Below, one piece after another: positions 57,828-64,000 of a DNA stretch of 64,000 nt. The position numbers and the translations under genes were made by a program. How positions within the stretch are numbered: the stretch's first letter is position 1; every line of letters starts with the position of its first letter. Origin of the DNA: Desulfosudaceae bacterium (GTDB lineage Bacteria > Desulfobacterota > Desulfobacteria > Desulfobacterales > Desulfosudaceae); NCBI GenBank assembly GCA_963674745.2, contig CAXXDV010000003.1, positions 320,001 to 384,000 on the forward strand, in the 5' to 3' direction. The notes below the pieces were generated by a model. That model was not told where the DNA came from. It saw nothing but the letters and a program-made list of their open reading frames with translations, and did not search any database.

Positions 57828-58253
57828 ATGAAACGGGTCACGGAATATGTATTATGGATTATTGTGTTTGTCTCTATTTCAGCCACCGCTTTTTATTGTG
57901 GTGGGTGTATCGGTTTTTCTCAGGGATACAACTATGCCATCGCTAAAGATGCCCCCTATGATGCCAACACGTCCGTCACGGTCTTAAAAAAGATTAAAGA
58001 TAATGAAATTGAATCGATAGAGGATTATTTTGAAAAACAATTGGACAATGCCATTAACAGGCATTGGTACCATAAACAAAACCCGCCGGTATTTTATGGG
58101 GTGCGTTTTTACGACCAGTCGCAACTGATTGATGAAAATTCAAAAAAGATGATCATCAGTGCTTGTGAATACAGAAAAGAAAATCCGGATCAAAGCGGTG
58201 GCATGGCCCTGGATAGAATCGAAACAATATTAAATTATTATCTCAAAGACTAG
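57828..58253 (+). CDS. Hypothetical membrane-anchored protein
   Basis: AGGAG RBS; N-terminal TM; AT-rich. Confidence 0.65.
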   Translation: MKRVTEYVLWIIVFVSISATAFYCGGCIGFSQGYNYAIAKDAPYDANTSVTVLKKIKDNEIESIEDYFEKQLDNAINRHWYHKQNPPVFYGVRFYDQSQLIDENSKKMIISACEYRKENPDQSGGMALDRIETILNYYLKD

Positions 58254-58273
58254 TGCCTCATGAAATATTCGGG

Positions 58274-59311
58274 TTAGTTATGCCACACCACTCGGGCCTG
58301 CTCCCGTTTGACGACGTTGTCGATTTTGCCTTTGGGATAGCCCAGGGTCAGGGACGTCACGATTTCAAAGGGCTCGGTGATGCCAAGCTGTTTTTTGAAT
58401 TTTGGAAACCCCTGGAGCCCGTCGATCAGGCTGACCCAGCAGGTGCCCAGCCCCAGGGAGTGAGCCGCCAGGACCATGTTCTGGCCGCAGATACCGGTAT
58501 CCAGTTCGACTGACCCGATCCCCCGTTTGTCGGCCAACAGGATGATCAGCACCGGAGCGTGAAAGAAGGTGTGGTAGTCCGGGTCGCTGGCAATGGCGTT
58601 GATGCCGCCCCGGGCCCGGGGATCGAGTTCGTTGGGGCCCCTGAGGCCAATCAGCAGCCGGAGAATGGCTTTCTGCCACAGTCTCAGTGATGCGGTTTTA
58701 TCGCCCGGGACTTGTTTGTCCACCCAGGGCCGGGGCATGGTGGCCTTCATGACCAGCCGGCAGAACTTTTTGCATTTGAGGTCAATCTCATCGATCAGTT
58801 CCTTGTTCCGGATGACAATGAATTTCCAGGGCTGGTTGTTGCCGGCCGAAGGCGCGAAGCGGCCCGCTTCAATGACCCGGTGAACCAGTTTTTGCGGGAC
58901 GGGCTTGCCTCTATAGAGCCTGATGCTGCGACGGTTGTATATCACCTTTTCGGTTTCCGTCAGGTCGGGCTCACATTCTTCGTAGTCTTTTCTCCCGGAG
59001 ATCGGCAAGGGTAGTGTTTTGCCGTTTTCAAAAAGATGGCTGTTTTTCCAGTACCCTCCGGGCACACGATATTCTCCCTCAATGGTAACGGCGTTTTGAG
59101 GGCAGGCGGCCACGCAGTTCTGGCAGGTAATGCAACGGAAATGATCGTAGCGGTCGTTGGAAGCCGCTTTTTTCTCCGGAGTTATCATCAGCAACTGAAT
59201 GGGACAGGAATTTACGCACCTGCCGCATCCGGTGCATTTTTCTTCATCAAGGATAAAACGGGCGTAATCGGCAGGGGGCAGGGTAACCAACCGGTGTTTT
59301 TCAAACAGCAT
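58274..59311 (-). CDS. 4Fe-4S dicluster - nitroreductase fusion
   Basis: CTGCGRCVNSCP and CITCQNCVAACP; RRSIR, APSAGNNQPW, SLGLGTCW. Confidence 0.92.
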   Translation of the reverse strand: MLFEKHRLVTLPPADYARFILDEEKCTGCGRCVNSCPIQLLMITPEKKAASNDRYDHFRCITCQNCVAACPQNAVTIEGEYRVPGGYWKNSHLFENGKTLPLPISGRKDYEECEPDLTETEKVIYNRRSIRLYRGKPVPQKLVHRVIEAGRFAPSAGNNQPWKFIVIRNKELIDEIDLKCKKFCRLVMKATMPRPWVDKQVPGDKTASLRLWQKAILRLLIGLRGPNELDPRARGGINAIASDPDYHTFFHAPVLIILLADKRGIGSVELDTGICGQNMVLAAHSLGLGTCWVSLIDGLQGFPKFKKQLGITEPFEIVTSLTLGYPKGKIDNVVKREQARVVWHN

Positions 59312-59406
59312 CAGGCCTCCTTAGCTTGGCTTCATTTTTGAGGTGCCCTTCAGGCAAAAACTGGTACAGATTTGAGTTTGAATGTAGGTGATGTTAATAC
59401 TAAAGA

Positions 59407-59425
59407 TAGACTGTCCAGTCAAGTA
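59407..59425 (-). promoter_or_regulatory. Promoter -35/operator TACTTGACT-N5-GTCTA (nitroreductase)
   Basis: TTGACT-17 bp-TATTAA on minus strand; 14 of 19 bases identical to the site at 60688. Confidence 0.6.
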
Positions 59426-59624
59426 TTTTTTTTGTGGCTGACGATATTCTGGGCCAAAAGATTTTTGGTCTAATAAATGTATTATTTTATAAAATCAAAA
59501 TGTTATTTATATGGAAGAAGCGTAGTGGGTTTGTGCCGGTTATTTTTTGGTTGTTTTCTGACAGTGGGTATGTTATGTATAGTTACTATTTAAAAAATAT
59601 AAATATATGATAAGGAGATGTATC

Positions 59625-60557
59625 ATGACTGCCAGTCATCAGCGTTTATACCGTATTGCGGAAATAGAACGGATAACAGGAATACCCAGAAGAAGAATCC
59701 ATTTCTATATCCAGTCCGGTTTGCTGAACAAGCCGTTGAAGACTGGTAAAACCATGGCCTACTACGATGAGTCGCATATCGAGCAGTTGCAGTTGATCAA
59801 GCGGGCCAGGGAGCAGGGTGAATCGCTGTTTTCGGTTAAGGACCGTGTTAAAGACATACAGCCGAGAAATGATCGGAAAATTTCGGATTATTACCTGGCT
59901 GACGAAACCGAGGACGTCCGGGTGGCGGAATCACGAAAAAAGCCCCGGGGCCGTAACAGCGTTAAAACCCGTGAACGCATTCTGCGCACCGGATGTGAAA
60001 TGTTCCGCGAATGTGGATATAAAGAGACCAAGTTAAACGATATTACCCGGAAACTGGATATCGGCAAGGGGACCTTTTATTTTTATTTTTCCGACAAAAA
60101 GGAACTGTTTTTAGAGTGTGTGCCGCGGATTTTTGAAGAAATGTTTTCCAGCGGCTGGGATGACATCCGAAAACTGTATGATCCTCTGGAACGGCTCGAA
60201 ATGCGTTTTCAGCTCGTTTTAAAGGAGCTAAAAGGGTTCTGTGCCATTCTTCAACTGGCCAAGGAGGCGATGGCGGATACCGACCCCAAGCTCAAAGAGC
60301 TGGGAAAGAAAACCTACCTCTCTATCCGCGGACCGGTCGAAGCCGACATCAAAAAAGCCATTTCCAGGGGTGCCATAAATACCGTTAATGTGGAAATGAC
60401 GGCCAGTTTCATGATCGCGGCAGTGGAGAACATGTATTATATGCAGGAGATTAATGGAGAGCTTTCCCAGGAAGAGATGAAGGTGCATCTTTTTAATCTG
60501 CTGGCATACGGCCTAGTCGGCATTGGAGAACGAATACCGCTGCCTGAAAAGAAATAA
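59625..60557 (+). CDS. MerR-HTH / TetR fusion regulator
   Basis: YRIAEIE..TG...IHFY...GLL (MerR); TRERIL..G..MF...GY...IGKGTFYFYF.DK (TetR). Confidence 0.88.
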   Translation: MTASHQRLYRIAEIERITGIPRRRIHFYIQSGLLNKPLKTGKTMAYYDESHIEQLQLIKRAREQGESLFSVKDRVKDIQPRNDRKISDYYLADETEDVRVAESRKKPRGRNSVKTRERILRTGCEMFRECGYKETKLNDITRKLDIGKGTFYFYFSDKKELFLECVPRIFEEMFSSGWDDIRKLYDPLERLEMRFQLVLKELKGFCAILQLAKEAMADTDPKLKELGKKTYLSIRGPVEADIKKAISRGAINTVNVEMTASFMIAAVENMYYMQEINGELSQEEMKVHLFNLLAYGLVGIGERIPLPEKK

Positions 60558-60687
60558 TCCTTTTGGTAAAATATCCGGCAGTCAGTTTCTTGTCTACAAA
60601 CTAACCATCTGTGCCGCCCCCACCTAAACGCCAATAACTATTTGTTTTTAATCAATTTTCGAAAATATTAAAGTATTCGTTAATATT

Positions 60688-60706
60688 TACTTGACTTAGC
60701 GGTCTA
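60688..60706 (+). promoter_or_regulatory. Promoter -35/operator TACTTGACT-N5-GTCTA (Fe-S/thiolase operon)
   Basis: TACTTGACTTAGCGGTCTA. Confidence 0.6.
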
Positions 60707-60823
60707 CTATGTATAAGTATATAACCATGATTAGACGCGATTATATCAAGTGCCGTTATCCGTTGAGCAGACCGATCAGGCGTTACGGATATAATGATCG
60801 ATCGATTGATTTAAGGAGGGGTT

Positions 60824-61666
60824 ATGTGTTTGACCTGCGGTGAACATAATGCCGAAAAACTATGGTATCTGGACAAGGAAAAACATCGTATCCGGTCACT
60901 GGGTGTGTTCCGGGACATGGTCAGCAGGCGGTTGAATCCGCTGATCGCTGTCGGTCTGAATCTTATCCGGGCCAAGCAGCCGGATTACGCCGGCAGGCGA
61001 ATGCCTTTTGTCAGCCGGGAGTTGTTGAACTTTTTTGCCAAAACGCTTCATGGAATGCAATTTCTGCCGGACAGGGAGTCGGCGTTTAATATTATCGACA
61101 TGTCCAACGAGCTGGCCCTGACGCCCTGCCTCTGTCACCAGGTGATGGACAGGCACAAGGGGGAAGCACCCATTTACCGGTGCATTGCCATGAATATTGC
61201 GGCGGACATCTGGTTTAAAGATACCTCGAACCTGGATGTAAAACCCGTCACCAAGCAGGAAGCCAAGGACCTGGTGGCCAAATGGCGTTCACGAGGGGCC
61301 TGGCAGAGCGTCGGCTGGCTGTGGGATGCCAATGTGATCTGGGTCTGCAACTGCGACTGGCGGTGTGCCACCTATCGGGCCCCGGAAGCAAGATGGGGCG
61401 GGATTCCCAGCTTTGTGACGGCAACGGCCGCCAATCGAACCGCCTGCATCGGCTGTCGGGAATGCGCCAAGTGGTGTGCCCATGACGGTATTTCTTTCGC
61501 GGAAGACGGCAAAGTCGTGGTCAACCAGGGTAAATGCCGGGGCTGTGGGTTGTGCGTGGAGCATTGTCCCACAAGGACGCTCGGCTTTGAACCCCGGCAG
61601 GAATATTACGACGTACGCACCAAATCAGTCAAACGGTTGAGTAATCAGAAAGTGAATGTGACTTAA
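60824..61666 (+). CDS. 4Fe-4S binding protein
   Basis: CLC, CNCD..C, CIGCRECAKWC, CRGCGLCVEHCP; AGGAGG RBS. Confidence 0.85.
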   Translation: MCLTCGEHNAEKLWYLDKEKHRIRSLGVFRDMVSRRLNPLIAVGLNLIRAKQPDYAGRRMPFVSRELLNFFAKTLHGMQFLPDRESAFNIIDMSNELALTPCLCHQVMDRHKGEAPIYRCIAMNIAADIWFKDTSNLDVKPVTKQEAKDLVAKWRSRGAWQSVGWLWDANVIWVCNCDWRCATYRAPEARWGGIPSFVTATAANRTACIGCRECAKWCAHDGISFAEDGKVVVNQGKCRGCGLCVEHCPTRTLGFEPRQEYYDVRTKSVKRLSNQKVNVT

Positions 61667-61685
61667 TAAAATAATTCTGGGAGGA

Positions 61686-62915
61686 GTGCTAATGCGGGAA
61701 GTTGCGGTAGTCGGTGCCGGCATGACCCGGTTCGGGAAGTTTGCGGATAAAGGGATAAAGGACCTGGTGGCCGAAGCGGTCAATGCGGCGGTTGAGGATG
61801 CCGGCATTGAATTTACGGATATCGAGGCCGCTTATGTCGGCTCGGCGGTGCCCGGTGTTATGACCGGTCAGGAGCAGATAAAAGCCCAGGTTTGCCTGAG
61901 CGCCATGGGGATTGACACCATTCCCATGTATAACGTGGAGAACGCCTGCGCCAGTTCATCCTCGGCACTTAACCTGGCCTGGACTGCCGTAGGCGCCGGT
62001 CAGTTTGATTGTGCCCTGGTGGTGGGGTTTGAAAAGCTGTATGACGAGAATAAGCTGAAATCGTTTATGGCGTTGGGGACGGCCGTTGATATCCAGATGG
62101 TGGAAAAGTTCCTGGCCGATTTCCAGAAAAGGCAGCAGTCCGATGAACAGATTTTGAGCGAAGGCAGCGGGAAAAGCAAAAGTATCTTCATGGATATGTA
62201 TGCTTATTATACGCGACAGTACATGAAGCGGTACGGACTGACCCAGGAACATTTCGCCAAACTGGCGGTAAAAAGCCATAAAAACGGGGCCAACAACCCC
62301 CATGCCATGTACCAGAAAGAAGTAACCCTGGAGGATGTGATCAATTCCGGAGAGGTGGCCTTTCCGCTGACGCGGATGATGTGTTCACCGATCAGCGACG
62401 GTGGCGCGGCTGTTATCGTGTGTTCTGCCGACAAGGCCAGACAGTTTACCGACAAACCGGTCTGGATCGCGTCATCGGTCGTGGGCAGCGGCAAAATCTG
62501 TGACGATCTGTCCGATACCCTGACCCGGCGCCTGGGCCCCAAAGCTTTTGAACGGGCGGGTATCAGTCCGGGTGACTTGGACGTGATCGAAGTCCATGAC
62601 GCCACTTCTCCGTCGGAAATTATTACCCTGATTGAACTGGGCGTCTGCCCGGGTGAAGAGGCGCCCCAATGGATCGATGAGGGGAAACTGGAAGTAGACG
62701 GTACCATTGCCTCGAACCCTTCCGGCGGGCTGGCCGCCAAAGGCCATCCCATTGGCGCCACCGGCCTGGGGCAGGTCAACGAGATCGTTCATCAACTTCA
62801 GGGCAAATGCGGAAAGCGACAGGTCAAAGACGCCAAAATCGGCATGACACATAATGGCGGCGGTATTCTGGGTGTTGACGCGGCGGCCATGGCGCTGCAT
62901 GTTTTTAAACGCTGA
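61686..62915 (+). CDS. Thiolase family protein (SCP-x-like)
   Basis: VENACASS, SDGGAA, IEVHDA, NPSGG..AKGHPIGATG. Confidence 0.92.
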   Translation: MLMREVAVVGAGMTRFGKFADKGIKDLVAEAVNAAVEDAGIEFTDIEAAYVGSAVPGVMTGQEQIKAQVCLSAMGIDTIPMYNVENACASSSSALNLAWTAVGAGQFDCALVVGFEKLYDENKLKSFMALGTAVDIQMVEKFLADFQKRQQSDEQILSEGSGKSKSIFMDMYAYYTRQYMKRYGLTQEHFAKLAVKSHKNGANNPHAMYQKEVTLEDVINSGEVAFPLTRMMCSPISDGGAAVIVCSADKARQFTDKPVWIASSVVGSGKICDDLSDTLTRRLGPKAFERAGISPGDLDVIEVHDATSPSEIITLIELGVCPGEEAPQWIDEGKLEVDGTIASNPSGGLAAKGHPIGATGLGQVNEIVHQLQGKCGKRQVKDAKIGMTHNGGGILGVDAAAMALHVFKR

Positions 62916-62963
62916 TATGGTCGGAACGGTTATGATGAGATTTTAATGAAGATGGGGGAAATA

Positions 62964-64000
62964 ATGGAGAATACGGACAGAACATACTGGAATATGGAAG
63001 TCGAGCCCAAACTGAATACAGAAGAAATGCGGGCCCTGCAACTGGAAAAACTGATTAAAGCCTTGCACTGGCAGTACGAACATACCCCGTTTAACCGGCA
63101 ACGGTTTGATCAGGCCGGTGTTAAACCGGACGACATCCGTTCATTTGAAGATTTTGCCCGGGCCATTCCGCCGGCCGGTCAGGCGGAAGTCCGTGAAGCC
63201 ATCAGCGAGATCGGCTTTGACATGGATAAGTTGATGCGGCATATTTTCGGTGACCAGCGCGTGGATGACCTGTACCTGTTGACCACCACTTCCGGTACGA
63301 CCGGCATCCCTACACCGTATCCCAATTTTAACGCCGCCATTACCGACGCCCAGGAGATCATGTGCCGGGCGGCCTGGCGGATGGGGTTCCGTCCGGGCGA
63401 CCGCATGGCCATTTGTTTCGGGTTGTCCATGCACGCGGCCGGTACGCCCCAGATCCTGTGGTTCAAGAATTTTCCGGGGCTGACCCTGGTTCCCATCGGG
63501 GCTGAAGCCGGGACCGAAAAAATTTTGCAATTCATGCAGTTGTTCAAGGTGAATATTTTCGCCGGGACCCCCTCGCTGGCCCTTCATCTTATCGAGCGGG
63601 CTCCGGAAGTGCTCAACGCGCCGGTTAAATCACTGGGCATAAAAATTCTCATGCTGGGCGCAGAGCCGGGCGCGGGTATACCCGAGGTCAGGCAGAAACT
63701 GGAGTCCGAATACGGGGCCCAGGTATTTGATGCCGGCGCCGGCTACGGGGTCTCCTGCGACCACCCGATCTACCAGGGCATGCACTGGATTGCCGACGAC
63801 TACGCCTATTACGAACTGATCGATCCGGAAACCAAAGAAACCGTTCCACTGGAAAACGGGGCCACCGGTATCATGGCCGGTACCTCGCTTAATCCGCCGG
63901 GTGCTGTCTGGTTTGATATGCGTTTTACCATGATGGATATTCACCAGGTGTTTACCGATCCCTGCCCCTGCGGTCGCAGCGGATTCCGATACAAGGTGGT
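62964..64000 (+). CDS. Phenylacetate-CoA ligase (PaaK)-like AMP-binding enzyme, runs off the window
   Basis: MENTDRTYWNMEVEP...RALQLEKL; TTSGTTG.P P-loop; GAEPG; PCPCGRS. Confidence 0.85.
   Translation, partial: MENTDRTYWNMEVEPKLNTEEMRALQLEKLIKALHWQYEHTPFNRQRFDQAGVKPDDIRSFEDFARAIPPAGQAEVREAISEIGFDMDKLMRHIFGDQRVDDLYLLTTTSGTTGIPTPYPNFNAAITDAQEIMCRAAWRMGFRPGDRMAICFGLSMHAAGTPQILWFKNFPGLTLVPIGAEAGTEKILQFMQLFKVNIFAGTPSLALHLIERAPEVLNAPVKSLGIKILMLGAEPGAGIPEVRQKLESEYGAQVFDAGAGYGVSCDHPIYQGMHWIADDYAYYELIDPETKETVPLENGATGIMAGTSLNPPGAVWFDMRFTMMDIHQVFTDPCPCGRSGFRYKV

Overview
A 64-kb window of bacterial chromosome, probably from an anaerobic Desulfobacterota (Desulfobacterales-like); this is inferred from gene content and repeat families. 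(1) 1-9.9 kb: cobamide uptake and salvage locus with three cobalamin riboswitches (btuB, a putative beta-propeller surface protein, btuFCD and a BtuF-CbiZ fusion). (2) 11.6-36.3 kb: a co-oriented minus-strand cluster of about 24 kb encoding two Pfa/Hgl-like iterative type I PKSs, a free ACP, an AlkP-superfamily enzyme, an alpha/beta hydrolase, a sulfotransferase, a secreted protein, a stand-alone acyltransferase and a tripartite RND exporter. Its leader carries a c-di-GMP-I-like riboswitch whose 3' end overlaps an intrinsic terminator, predicting an ON switch. This is the strongest candidate for an undescribed system. (3) 36.8-47 kb: MFS transporter, membrane glycosyltransferase-like gene, acyl-CoA metabolism genes (sigma54 promoter) and TetR/flavin oxidoreductase/DUF362 genes, the last with a suspicious in-frame TAG. 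(4) 47.2-58.3 kb: accessory region with an integrase-less attC cassette array preceded by an unexplained TGGAAAA repeat block, a thiol/sulfur redox operon, an IS3 remnant and a toxin-antitoxin cassette. (5) 58.3-64 kb: MerR-TetR regulator, nitroreductase, Fe-S protein, thiolase and a partial PaaK-like CoA ligase. All calls come from reading motifs by eye; no database searches were run.
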